Source: a bacterium (lineage in GTDB: Bacteria; CLD3; SB21). From it: a stretch of DNA of 64,000 nucleotides. The notes beneath the pieces are model-generated. The model saw nothing but the letters and a program-made list of their open reading frames with translations, was not told the DNA's origin and ran no database searches. Shown piece after piece: positions 8,528 to 17,943 of this stretch (position 1 is its first letter; each line of letters starts with the position of its first letter). The stretch lies in assembly GCA_008933615.1 (NCBI GenBank), contig WBUR01000025.1:8-64007 (forward strand), read 5' to 3'. Both the position numbers and the translations under genes were made by a program.

Positions 8528-8654
8528 AAACGCGAGACGCAAGACATGAACCGCAGACACAAAAGTAGTTGTCTCATGTTGCACGTCTTACGTTTGCTTC
8601 GTAACACATTAAACCAATATATCGATTCATTTTTGAGAATTTAGGGGTACTTTT

Positions 8655-11600
8655 ATGAGACCATGGAATCTTGCCGTTGATAATAAGGTTACAGTATATA
8701 TTCTAATTGCAATTATTGTGTTTATGGGAACGATGTCCTACAGCAGCCTTCCCCGCGAAGCCGCTCCGGACATTACGATACCGCTGGTCATTGTTTCAGT
8801 TCCGTACGTCGGGGTCAGCCCGTCGGATGTGGAAGGACTGGTCACTCAGCCGCTGGAGCGGGAACTAAAATCACTGAAAGATATCAAAGAAATTTCATCC
8901 TCTTCCAAAGAAGGGCTTTCCACTATTCGTGTAGAATTTGAAACCGGCATCGATATAGACGAGGCGATGCGGCGCGTTCGCGATAAGGTAAATCAAACCA
9001 AACCTAAATTGCCCACCGACATTCTGGAGCCCATGATCTCGGAAATCAATTTCAGTGAATTTCCGATCATGTTTGTTACGGTTGGGGGAGAACTCGGACT
9101 ATCGCGTTTGAAAAAGATCGCGGAAGATATACAGGATAAGATCGAAGCGGTGCCGGGCGTTTTGAGCGCAGAAATCTCAGGAAGTCTAGAACCCGAAATA
9201 CAAGTGAATTGCGACGTCAATCGATTGAAGGGATATGATATCGGTTTCAGCGATGTGGTGAATACGATTAGGGAAGAAAACCTGAATACGCCCGGCGGAT
9301 CGATCAATACAGGCAATGCCGATTATACCGTGCGGATTCCCGGACAATTTGCAACGCCCAAACCTATCGAAGATCTTATCGTAAAAATGCGCAATGGCCG
9401 GCCGATCTACGTCCGTGACGTGGCGACGGTTAATTATGCCTTCGAAGACAGGCTCACTTTCAGCCGGCTAAATAACGAGGAAGTGGTCACATTAAATGTT
9501 AAGAAACGCGCGGGTGAAAATCTGATTCAAATTGCCGATGAAGTGAAAAAAATTCTGCAGGAGATGAAACCCGGTTTTCCTCCCGGATTGAAATTAAGTG
9601 TTACCAACGACGCGTCGATCGAGATCAAACGTATGGTGTCTGAACTGGAAAACAGCGTCATGACCGGCATGTTCCTAGTAGTGCTGGTTCTTTTTATGTT
9701 TTTCGGCCTAAAAAATTCTTTCTTAATCAGCACCGCCATTCCGCTGTCCATGTTGATCGGGTTTATTATTCTCGGCCTTATGGGTATTACGCTGAATTTT
9801 GTTGTTTTATTTGCCCTGGTACTTGTTCTTGGGATTTTGGTGGATGACGCGATCGTGGTCATTGAAAATATTTACCGGCATCAGCATGAGTACAAAAAAA
9901 ACCCGATCCAGGCGGCCAAAGACGGCACTAAGGAAGTGGCCATACCGGTCGCAACGTCCACACTGACAACCATCGCCGGATTCTTTCCGATGTTATTCTG
10001 GCCGGGTATTATCGGCGATTTCATGTATTATCTCCCGATGACTTTGATCATCATGATGAGCGCATCTATATTCACAGCGTACATTATCAGTCCGACGCAA
10101 GGCGCGCAGTTTATCGATTATCATAAAGAGATTGAAAAAGCAAGGTTGTCGGCGCTTCATCCGAGCGTATGGAAAAAGTACAATATATTTGCCAGGCTGT
10201 ACCATGCTGTTGACACACAGTTCTTCCCCATGGCGCAGGCGAAATATGTTGGAACAATTCATTGGACGCTGCGGCATAAGACGTTTACAGTTGTGGCGGC
10301 AGGCGTTTTTTTGATCGTCATGACGGTTCTATTCTCGCTATTCAGCAAAGGGGTAGAATTTTTTCCCAACACGGAACCGAATCAGGTGGTTATTGCCGTA
10401 GCGATGCCGCCCGGTACGCCTTTGGAAAGAACCAACGGCATCACTAAAGTTCTCGAATCGCGTATGAAGGACGTTCGCGGAGTAGACGATATGGAATTTA
10501 TGGTGGCCAATGTCGGGACATCCGAAGATCCGTTCGATTTCGGCGGCCAGGGAACGCCTAATAAATCGCAGATTTCCGTCAATTTTTACGAAAAGATGAA
10601 ACGGGGGCAAAATTCTTTTATCACACAGGAAGAAATCCGTAAAGTGTCGGTCGGTATTGCGGGCGCGGACATCAAAGTAAAAGCGCAGGAGAACGGCCCG
10701 CCGGTTGGCGCGCCGGTTAGTCTGGAACTTTCAGGCGAGGATTTTAAAACGCTTACCGCGTTGTCTCTGCAAATCGAGGACATGATCAAAACGATTCCAG
10801 GCCTGGTGGATCTTAAAGATGATTATGACGCAGGTAAACCTGAAATACAGATCATGGTCGATCGCGAAAAAGCGGCCATGCTTGAAATGAGCACGGCGCA
10901 GATCGCGAACGTCGTACGAACGGCGATCAACGGAACGGAAGCTTCCAAATACCGAGTTGGCGAAGATGAATACAAGATCACAGTACGGCTTAACGAAGAA
11001 CAGCGCAATTCGCCAAGCCATCTGGAAAATCTGAACATTACATTCATGAACAATAAAGGAAAACTTTTATCGGTGCCGTTGGTATCTGTTGCGACGATCG
11101 TGCGGTCAAACGGTATTGCCAATATCAAACGCAAAGACCTCAAGCGCGTGATCACCATTACGGCCGATGTGCAAGGACGCCTTGCCAACGATGTGCTGAA
11201 CGATGTGAGAGGCAAACTTGGAAAATTTAATTTGCCGAGCGGATATAAAATCGACTATACCGGTGAAAATGAAGAGCAGGATAAAGCCGCCGCGTTCCTC
11301 ATGCGGACTTTGATTATAACGATACTTTTGATTTTTCTTGTCTTAGTTTCGGAATTCAATTCGGTCAAAGTGCCGATTGTCATCATGACGTCCGTGCCGC
11401 TGTCATTGATCGGAGTTTTTATCGGCCTGCTGGTAACCGGAACGCCATTTGGAATTATCATGACGGGCGTCGGCGTGATCGCGTTGGCCGGCATTGTGGT
11501 GAAGAACGCGATCGTGCTTTTGGACTTTACCAAACATCTGAGGGAGAGCGGATTAACTTTAGATGAAGCGCTTGCAGAAGCCGGGCGAACGCGCCTTCGG

Positions 11601-11897
11601 CCGGTTGTCCTTACCGCCACGACGACCATACTTGGAATTTTACCGTTAGCGACCGGGATAGATTTCGACTGGAGAAACTTACATTTCATTATCGGCGCGG
11701 AGAGCAGCGACTTCTGGAGGCCTTTGGGAATTGCGGTAATTTTCGGATTATTCATATCCACTTTCTTGACCCTGGTCATCGTTCCGACCGCCTATTCATG
11801 GCTCGAAGAAAAGACGAACTCGTCACGAGCGTTTTTAGGACGAATGTTTGGACAAACAGCGACGACAGATAAAGTTTCGGAGAAATTAGCCGAATAA
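8655..11897 (+). CDS. RND efflux permease (AcrB/HAE1-like, 12 TM)
   Basis: 1080 aa with characteristic motifs (VPYVGVSP, GILVDDAIVVIENI, LRPVVLTATTTILGILPLA) and two large periplasmic loops. Confidence 0.95.
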   Translation: MRPWNLAVDNKVTVYILIAIIVFMGTMSYSSLPREAAPDITIPLVIVSVPYVGVSPSDVEGLVTQPLERELKSLKDIKEISSSSKEGLSTIRVEFETGIDIDEAMRRVRDKVNQTKPKLPTDILEPMISEINFSEFPIMFVTVGGELGLSRLKKIAEDIQDKIEAVPGVLSAEISGSLEPEIQVNCDVNRLKGYDIGFSDVVNTIREENLNTPGGSINTGNADYTVRIPGQFATPKPIEDLIVKMRNGRPIYVRDVATVNYAFEDRLTFSRLNNEEVVTLNVKKRAGENLIQIADEVKKILQEMKPGFPPGLKLSVTNDASIEIKRMVSELENSVMTGMFLVVLVLFMFFGLKNSFLISTAIPLSMLIGFIILGLMGITLNFVVLFALVLVLGILVDDAIVVIENIYRHQHEYKKNPIQAAKDGTKEVAIPVATSTLTTIAGFFPMLFWPGIIGDFMYYLPMTLIIMMSASIFTAYIISPTQGAQFIDYHKEIEKARLSALHPSVWKKYNIFARLYHAVDTQFFPMAQAKYVGTIHWTLRHKTFTVVAAGVFLIVMTVLFSLFSKGVEFFPNTEPNQVVIAVAMPPGTPLERTNGITKVLESRMKDVRGVDDMEFMVANVGTSEDPFDFGGQGTPNKSQISVNFYEKMKRGQNSFITQEEIRKVSVGIAGADIKVKAQENGPPVGAPVSLELSGEDFKTLTALSLQIEDMIKTIPGLVDLKDDYDAGKPEIQIMVDREKAAMLEMSTAQIANVVRTAINGTEASKYRVGEDEYKITVRLNEEQRNSPSHLENLNITFMNNKGKLLSVPLVSVATIVRSNGIANIKRKDLKRVITITADVQGRLANDVLNDVRGKLGKFNLPSGYKIDYTGENEEQDKAAAFLMRTLIITILLIFLVLVSEFNSVKVPIVIMTSVPLSLIGVFIGLLVTGTPFGIIMTGVGVIALAGIVVKNAIVLLDFTKHLRESGLTLDEALAEAGRTRLRPVVLTATTTILGILPLATGIDFDWRNLHFIIGAESSDFWRPLGIAVIFGLFISTFLTLVIVPTAYSWLEEKTNSSRAFLGRMFGQTATTDKVSEKLAE

Positions 11898-11913
11898 ATA
11901 AAGTTCAATAAAG

Positions 11914-11958
11914 CCGGCATTTGGAAAAAGATTATTGTTTGCAAATGTCGGTTTTTTT
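11914..11958 (+). terminator. Rho-independent terminator of efflux operon 1
   Basis: 10-bp stem CCGGCATTTG/CAAATGTCGG (one G-U pair), 18-nt loop, then TTTTTTT. Confidence 0.7.
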
Positions 11959-12010
11959 GTGTACGGTGGGGCACTAATTCATAAATAAAACACAAACGTA
12001 GAGGAATTTC

Positions 12011-12940
12011 ATGAACGACCAATTGTGGTACTGGGTATTATTCAACGTATTTGTTCTCGCGATGCTCGCGCTGGATCTCGGCGTATTTCATCGTAAGTCG
12101 CACGAAGTGAAAATGAAAGAGGCGCTGACCTGGAGTGCGGTGTGGATATGTCTTGCGCTTGTTTTCAACGTGCTTATCTATTTCTGGATGGGAGAGAAAA
12201 AAGCGCTGGAATTTCTGACCGGCTACGTTATTGAAAAATCACTCAGCGTCGATAATATTTTCATATTTATTATGGTATTCACTTATTTCCATGTTCCGGC
12301 GCTCTATCAGCACAAAATTTTGTTTTGGGGTATTCTCGGCGCATTGATTATGCGGGCCATATTCATCTTTGCCGGCGTAGCCCTGATCGCCAAGTTTCAT
12401 TGGACGGTATACGTATTCGGATTGTTCCTGATCATTACCGGAATCAAGATGGCGTTGCAAAAAGATAAAAAAATCGAGCCGGACAAAAATCCGGCCATCA
12501 GATTATTCAGGCGCTATTTTCCGGTGACGGATGCTTACGACGGTTCGAAATTTCTGACGCGCGTCGATGGAAAACTTCTGGCGACGCCCATGATGATCGT
12601 TTTGATCGTTATTGAAACGACGGATTTAATATTTGCAGTTGATTCGATTCCGGCGATCCTGGCGATCACCACCGACCCGTTCATCGTCTATACTTCAAAC
12701 GTGTTTGCGATCCTCGGCCTTCGCGCGCTGTATTTTGCGCTGGCGGGGATCATGCAGTTGTTCCATTATCTGGCGTACGGACTATCGGCTGTGCTGATAT
12801 TTGTCGGCGCGAAAATGATGCTGGTGGATGTTTATAAGATCCCCATTGAGATATCGCTGCTTGTCATTGTATTGATACTAACGGTAGCCATCGTTGCGTC
12901 GGTGATGCGAAGCCGGTCCATGGGATCACACTCGTCGTAG
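12011..12940 (+). CDS. TerC/Alx-family integral membrane protein
   Basis: Typical TerC sequence (EALTWSAVWICLALVFN, YVIEKSLSVDNIFIF, FAVDSIPAILAIT, TSNVFAILGLRALYF). Confidence 0.9.
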   Translation: MNDQLWYWVLFNVFVLAMLALDLGVFHRKSHEVKMKEALTWSAVWICLALVFNVLIYFWMGEKKALEFLTGYVIEKSLSVDNIFIFIMVFTYFHVPALYQHKILFWGILGALIMRAIFIFAGVALIAKFHWTVYVFGLFLIITGIKMALQKDKKIEPDKNPAIRLFRRYFPVTDAYDGSKFLTRVDGKLLATPMMIVLIVIETTDLIFAVDSIPAILAITTDPFIVYTSNVFAILGLRALYFALAGIMQLFHYLAYGLSAVLIFVGAKMMLVDVYKIPIEISLLVIVLILTVAIVASVMRSRSMGSHSS

Positions 12941-12965
12941 AAACAAGAATTATTTTTATAAACAC

Positions 12966-12999
12966 AAAGCCCACAGAGAAGACACAATCTGTGGGCTTT
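12966..12999 (+). terminator. Hairpin terminator after terC
   Basis: 11-bp stem AAAGCCCACAG/CTGTGGGCTTT with a 12-nt loop. The T tract is weak. Confidence 0.55.
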
Positions 13000-13152
13000 A
13001 TAGATACGTCGTTTTTCTTTATTGTGATAATTGATCAGCTCGAAACCCGCGTATTTCCTTTCGTTCCATAATCATCCTCTCCCGATCGACGCTAGGCTTT
13101 CATGCTGCATTCTAAATGAAGCCTAACAACCTTTGATTGGTAAACATTTCTT

Positions 13153-13181
13153 TTGACAATGTGAACTCTTTCTTTTACATT
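13153..13181 (+). promoter_or_regulatory. Candidate sigma70 promoter that would give a ~195-nt leader
   Basis: TTGACA (13153-13158), 17-nt spacer, TACATT (13176-13181), upstream of the gene starting at 13383. Confidence 0.4.
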
Positions 13182-13382
13182 TGTTCAGTGAATTTGTAAT
13201 ACGCACTTCTGCTGAAACGTTCTCTCGGCAGGAGCCTTTCTTACGCCTTTGCCGGTCCGTCGCACGAGCGGTTCTCTCCAAAGTAGTCGGCCCATTCTTA
13301 CCAGAGGCGTGCATTTCGAAAATCTTATCAGTTATGCCGGTATACCCGGCAATTCATTTATCCAATTCATTGGAGTTTAATT

Positions 13383-14006
13383 ATGAAACGTGCCCTTCTG
13401 CTCATCACTGTGCTTTTCTTGAACACCCTGGTTGCTCAGGAAAAACCAAAAACTGAAAACAGACTAACGGCTGCCGTTTTGGATTTTAAGATCATTTCCG
13501 GCATCACGGACGCTGAAGTTACGGCGCTTACCAGTAAATTTCGAAGTTCACTGATTCAAACCAAAAAGTATGATGTGCTGGAACGCGGCCAGATGGAAAC
13601 CATTTTGAAAGAACAGGATTTCAGTCTAAGCGATAATTGTAATTCCGCCGAATGCGCGGTGCAGGTCGGGCAACTCCTGGCTGCAGAAAAAATGATCACG
13701 GGCGATATCGGAAAGATCGGCAGTACGTATACGGTCACGGTTCGCATCATCGACGTCAGCACGGGCAAGATCGAAGATACGCAGAGTTCGGAGTATCGCG
13801 GCGATACCGACGGGTTGATCAAGACTTTTGATCTCCTGGCTCAGAAGCTGACCGGCGTATACCGCTCCAAGGCGACGCTGTGGTACATCATGGGCGGTAC
13901 GGCATTAGCCGGGGGTGCGGCCGCAGCGGTGCTTCTGCTAAGCGGAAGCAAAAGCGGAACTTCCGCCACCATAGGCAATCCGCCGGGGGCGCCATTAATT
14001 CCATAG
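13383..14006 (+). CDS. Secreted/anchored protein with a CsgG/LpoB/TolB-N-like domain and a C-terminal TM helix
   Basis: Signal peptide. AAVLDFK...VTALTSKF...LERGQMETILKEQDFSLS...AVQVGQLLAAEKMITGDIGKIGSTYTVTVRIIDVSTGKI matches the CsgG/LpoB-like fold pattern. Hydrophobic tail LWYIMGGTALAGGAAAAVLLL. Confidence 0.65.
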   Translation: MKRALLLITVLFLNTLVAQEKPKTENRLTAAVLDFKIISGITDAEVTALTSKFRSSLIQTKKYDVLERGQMETILKEQDFSLSDNCNSAECAVQVGQLLAAEKMITGDIGKIGSTYTVTVRIIDVSTGKIEDTQSSEYRGDTDGLIKTFDLLAQKLTGVYRSKATLWYIMGGTALAGGAAAAVLLLSGSKSGTSATIGNPPGAPLIP

Positions 14007-14074
14007 ATGAGAATGAACTGATAAAAAAGATTGAATAAAAAGCCATTACGGAAATAATAAAATCGAGAGTAATT

Positions 14075-17000
14075 ATGAAAATATTTACCACCATCTTAAT
14101 CGCCCTAATCTTGTCTCCGCGGGCTTCACAAGCGCAGTGGACCGGGAATCCTGTCGTACCTGTTAATGTGGTAACAAGAGACAGTCAACAAGCCAAACCA
14201 AAAATGATACCGGATGGTTCCGGTGGCGCTATAATAGTTTGGGAGGACTCCCGGTGGGGACGAAAGGACCTATTTGCACAACGAATTGATTCTAACGGAA
14301 ATTTATTATGGGCACAAACCGGCGGGTATCCCACAGCATGGGGCGTAGAAATTTGCCCGGTTCAGCAGGGCGACCAAATTAATTCCGTAATAGTAAGTGA
14401 CGGCAGCGGCGGTGCGTTTATTGTATGGGAAGACTCACGCGGAAGTGACAAAGACATTTACGGGCAACGGATTAATTCTTCCGGAGTCCGTCAGTGGGCC
14501 GATGTTGGTTATATAGTGTCTGGTTTTCAACTTGGAGATCAGGTCAATCCAAAAATCATCAGTGACGATAGCGGCGGCGCGATCATTGCCTGGGAGACAT
14601 CCGGAGACATTTATGCGAAGCGCATCTTTGCAAATGGTGGCGATCGGTGGAATTCTTTTAATGCTTATGGCCTGCCAATTTGCACCGCCCTCAACAATCA
14701 GGATCAGGTGGCGATGGTCGGCGACGGCGGCCATGGGGCGATATTTACATGGCGGGACAATCGATCAACAGAGAAAGATATTTTCGCGCAACGGTATAAT
14801 TCAAACGGGATCCGTCAATGGGTCGTAGGCTCCGATACCAATGGCATTGTTGTTTGTGATGCGTCAGACTCGCAGGAGCAACCGGCGATAGTAGCAGACG
14901 GTAGCGGCGGCGCGATTGTAACATGGGAGGACATGCGCGGAGGCTCCGACTACGATATTTACGCTCAACGTTTGAATTCTGCCGGAATTCGTCAGTGGGC
15001 TGCCGGTTCTGATTCCAACGGATTTGTTATTTGCAGTGCGTCCAGTCAGCAGACTCGCCCTCTGATAACCGCTGACGGCGCTGGAGGAGGCCTCATAACC
15101 TGGACAGATTTTCGCGGTGGAAATAACGACATATATTCTCAGAGAGTTAATTCCGCCGGTTCGGTGTTATGGACAACAGACGGGGTCGCGGTTTGTACAG
15201 CAACCGGAAATCAAAATACACCGGTTATGTCGTCCGTGGCCGGCGGGGGTGCAATCATTGCCTGGGAAGATGCAACTTCAGGAGCAAATTTTGCGCAGCG
15301 AATTAATTCTACCGGCAATTTGCTCTGGGCAGCCAATGGAGTCGCTGTGGTAAACCCTTTCAGTGGACCGCCTCCGTTCAGCAATCCTGCAATTGTAATT
15401 GACAATAATGGATTTACGATTCTTGCCGCCGACCGCTCGAATTCAAGTGCGTACGACATTTATGCACAAAGGATCAAACCTAACGGAACATTGGATGATA
15501 AAACTGTTCCACAGATTCCCCAAAACGTTGCCGCCGATTCAATGGTTGCAGGACAGGTCACATTGCATTGGAACAAAATTTCCGATTCCGATATGGCGCG
15601 ATACCGAATTTTTATGGGTACCTCACCAAACCCGACAGTACAAATAGATTCCACGGCATTTAATCAGGTTAATGATACGCTAAGGGTCATAAGCGGCCTT
15701 ACAGTAGGGACGCGGTATTATTTTAGAGTAAATGCGGTGGATAGTAACAGCCTCGTCAGTAATTTTTCGAATGAAGTGAGCGCCCTTGTAATCGCAGGAG
15801 AACCCACGGCACAACCGACCAATCTGAGATTTTCTTTATCGCCGCTGTATCCATTCACGGCTCTGACAGTTTCATTTACAGCCGCTGCCGGAAATCCGAC
15901 CGGTTATATTGCCCTTAGTGATCCGGGCCTTGTGCTTTTCGATGGATCAAATTATAATGTCGGTTTTAACGGAGTTTTGTACATCGGCAGTGACACCACG
16001 TTTTACTTAACCGGATTATCCCCAGGGCAACACATTTTTATATCGATCTATGCATACAACAATTCAGGAAGCGCAATAGATTACAATACGACAAACCCCG
16101 ATACCGGCACGGTACACACTCGAGCCGATCTATTTGCGCCTGTCGTATCACAAATTAGCGTGAACCCTAACCCTGTTAATCTGGGTAACGCGGTAACGGT
16201 TCAATGTATTGTGACCGACAGCGTTTCAGTTGATACGGTTATTCTTGCCTACAAAAAAGGATCGGATGTCGGATTTACGAATTCCGTCGGCATGCTGCAT
16301 GATGGAGCGCTTTATAATGCATCCGTTTCAAGCACATCGGTAACCGCATCCGGTGTGATTTACCGAATCATTGCAAGGGACCAATCGGGTAACCGGGACA
16401 CGACATTCGGAACAATACAGGTAACGATTCCGGCAGGCGCCGTTACGATTCAAAATACCAGCGGCAGTCCGTATACTTCAGGATTCCCGGACAAAATATG
16501 GAGAATGATTTCCGTGCCGCTGGATCTGGATGATAAAAGTGTGGCCACGGTTCTCGATGGTTTCGGCCCTCCAGGAAATAAAACGTGGAAACTTTTTGAT
16601 AAGGACCAGGACATTAGCAACAGCACTACAGTCCAATTTGCTGTTGGCCGCTCATTCTGGCTTAAACAATTGAATGTTCCTAACGGCGTTGGCGGCAAAC
16701 AAATTTCGCTTGCCGGCGGTAAAACGGTTAGCAGCAGTGTTGCACTGAATCTGGTTCCCGGATTTAACATGATCGCCAACCCCTTTACTTTCCCGATTGA
16801 TTGGAATGCGAATACTAATGCCGGTCAAAATTCTTTTATCAAAGGACCTATCCGTTATGATGGCAACAAATACATTGGCCCGGGACAAGGAGATGCGACC
16901 CTATTTAACACTCTTAATCCGTGGGATGGTTACTGGGTTTACAATGCTTCTTCCTCTAGTCAAATTCTGACCGTCGAACCTATCGGCGCGTTAGGAAAAA

Positions 17001-17764
17001 GAATGGCTAAGCCTGCGCTTGCCGGATGGTATATTAATTTTTCTGCGAAGGCGGGAGAGTTTGAAGATAATTATAATTACGTGGGAGCGGCATCCGATGC
17101 GCTTGATGCTGAAGATCGGTACGATCTGCCGGAACTGCCGGTTATCGGAGATTACGTGAGCGTATCGTTCGATCACACAACGGCTTCCGGAAAGACAACG
17201 CCCTATACGATCGATTATCGCAGCGAAGCCGATGGCCATGCATGGCTCATGTCAGTAAGAACCAATATCAACCATCAAAAAACATATTTGCAATGGTCGG
17301 CTCAGAATCTTCCTGCCGATTACCAGATCAGAATCCTGGATGTTTCAAATAACAAGATAGTAGATGGATCAGAATACACGTTTGATAATCCACACGAGTC
17401 ATTGCCCGTCGCTTTTAAAGTATTCGCGGGGACGAAAGATTTCGTAGAAACCGGAATCGCAAAAGCACAATCCGAATTGCCGACGACGTTCAAGCTTTCT
17501 CAGAATTATCCGAACCCGTTTAATCCGTCAACGAAGATTCGATACGAATTACCGACTACGGAAACGGTGAGCCTGGTGATTTACAATGCGCTTGGACAGG
17601 TTGTAAAAACTTTGGTAAGCCATCGTGCTCAGGGGATCGGGGTATATGAAATAGACTGGAACGGCACTAATCAAATCGGCCAATCGGTTGCTTCGGGAAT
17701 ATACATTTACCGTTTGCAGGCAGGCCGTGTAGTGAAAACGAAAAAAATGTTATTGATCAAATGA
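14075..17764 (+). CDS. Large T9SS-secreted protein: about 8 propeller-like repeats, an FN3 domain, unknown middle region and a Por C-terminal sorting domain
   Basis: Signal peptide. Repeats with DGSGGAIIxWED-R-x-DIYAQRxNSxGxxxW. FN3-like segment (PQNVAADSMVAGQVTLHWNKISDSDMARYRIF). C-terminus LSQNYPNPFNPSTKIRYELP...SGIYIYRLQAG...KKMLLIK is the T9SS type A sorting domain. Confidence 0.9.
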   Translation: MKIFTTILIALILSPRASQAQWTGNPVVPVNVVTRDSQQAKPKMIPDGSGGAIIVWEDSRWGRKDLFAQRIDSNGNLLWAQTGGYPTAWGVEICPVQQGDQINSVIVSDGSGGAFIVWEDSRGSDKDIYGQRINSSGVRQWADVGYIVSGFQLGDQVNPKIISDDSGGAIIAWETSGDIYAKRIFANGGDRWNSFNAYGLPICTALNNQDQVAMVGDGGHGAIFTWRDNRSTEKDIFAQRYNSNGIRQWVVGSDTNGIVVCDASDSQEQPAIVADGSGGAIVTWEDMRGGSDYDIYAQRLNSAGIRQWAAGSDSNGFVICSASSQQTRPLITADGAGGGLITWTDFRGGNNDIYSQRVNSAGSVLWTTDGVAVCTATGNQNTPVMSSVAGGGAIIAWEDATSGANFAQRINSTGNLLWAANGVAVVNPFSGPPPFSNPAIVIDNNGFTILAADRSNSSAYDIYAQRIKPNGTLDDKTVPQIPQNVAADSMVAGQVTLHWNKISDSDMARYRIFMGTSPNPTVQIDSTAFNQVNDTLRVISGLTVGTRYYFRVNAVDSNSLVSNFSNEVSALVIAGEPTAQPTNLRFSLSPLYPFTALTVSFTAAAGNPTGYIALSDPGLVLFDGSNYNVGFNGVLYIGSDTTFYLTGLSPGQHIFISIYAYNNSGSAIDYNTTNPDTGTVHTRADLFAPVVSQISVNPNPVNLGNAVTVQCIVTDSVSVDTVILAYKKGSDVGFTNSVGMLHDGALYNASVSSTSVTASGVIYRIIARDQSGNRDTTFGTIQVTIPAGAVTIQNTSGSPYTSGFPDKIWRMISVPLDLDDKSVATVLDGFGPPGNKTWKLFDKDQDISNSTTVQFAVGRSFWLKQLNVPNGVGGKQISLAGGKTVSSSVALNLVPGFNMIANPFTFPIDWNANTNAGQNSFIKGPIRYDGNKYIGPGQGDATLFNTLNPWDGYWVYNASSSSQILTVEPIGALGKRMAKPALAGWYINFSAKAGEFEDNYNYVGAASDALDAEDRYDLPELPVIGDYVSVSFDHTTASGKTTPYTIDYRSEADGHAWLMSVRTNINHQKTYLQWSAQNLPADYQIRILDVSNNKIVDGSEYTFDNPHESLPVAFKVFAGTKDFVETGIAKAQSELPTTFKLSQNYPNPFNPSTKIRYELPTTETVSLVIYNALGQVVKTLVSHRAQGIGVYEIDWNGTNQIGQSVASGIYIYRLQAGRVVKTKKMLLIK
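14207..15500 (+). repeat. Eight degenerate ~50-60-aa coding repeats (putative beta-propeller blades)
   Basis: Motif D-G-(S/A)-G-G-(A)-(I/L)-(I/V)-x-W-(E/T)-D...(D)(I/L)(Y/F)(A/G/S)QR(I/L/V)NS-x-G...W recurs eight times in the translation. Confidence 0.75.
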
Positions 17765-17801
17765 CAATCAGTCGTTAATAAAATTCTTCACACGCCCAAA
17801 A

Positions 17802-17839
17802 ACATAAAGTCCACAGCGATACCTCTGTGGACTTTATGT
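17802..17839. terminator. Bidirectional terminator between the T9SS cargo gene and ackA
   Basis: Perfect 15-bp stem ACATAAAGTCCACAG/CTGTGGACTTTATGT with an 8-nt loop. T-rich flanks follow on both strands. Confidence 0.75.
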
Positions 17840-17845
17840 TTTATG

Positions 17846-17868
17846 CAGCCTTCGGCAAGCTTAGGCTG
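17846..17868. repeat. Short REP-like hairpin (CAGCCTTCGGC...AGGCTG)
   Basis: CAGCCT/AGGCTG stem. In reverse orientation it resembles the hairpin at 44433-44458 (TCAGCCTTCGGCTGCGCTCAGGCTGA). Followed by a T run. Confidence 0.45.
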
Positions 17869-17943
17869 ACCTTATTTTTTTATTATGAGTTAACCCGATA
17901 AGCATTTTATATTTGTAAGATTCCGTTTATCGGCGCACTCTGA

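Noticed and set aside
8538-8592. Imperfect inverted repeat between the adaptor and RND genes of operon 1 (CGCAAGACATGAACCGCAGACAC / TTGTCTCATGTTGCACGTCTTACG)
   Set aside because: Only ~16 of 23 positions pair, plus one indel. No comparable structure exists in operon 2. This is not distinguishable from chance without folding statistics.
8993-11779. Numerous 60-175-aa antisense or out-of-frame ORFs nested in the RND genes. The same occurs inside the TonB receptor, ackA, BNR protein and M28 genes.
   Set aside because: All lie fully inside strongly supported long CDSs. They have low-complexity or Arg/Ser/Pro-rich translations and no motifs, which is typical of shadow ORFs.
11959-12010. Possible yybP-ykoY (Mn2+) riboswitch upstream of the TerC-family gene
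   Set aside because: Only ~50 nt lie between the efflux-operon terminator and the terC ATG. That is far too short for the ~100+ nt riboswitch, and the conserved GGGGAGUAG-type core is not visible.
13200-13320. GC-rich intergenic stretch checked against SRP RNA, 6S RNA, RNase P RNA and tmRNA signatures on both strands
   Set aside because: None of the conserved cores is present (SRP GGAAGCAGCC-type domain IV, RNase P GAGGAAAGUCC, tmRNA tRNA-like end). It is kept only as an unclassified possible leader in the findings.
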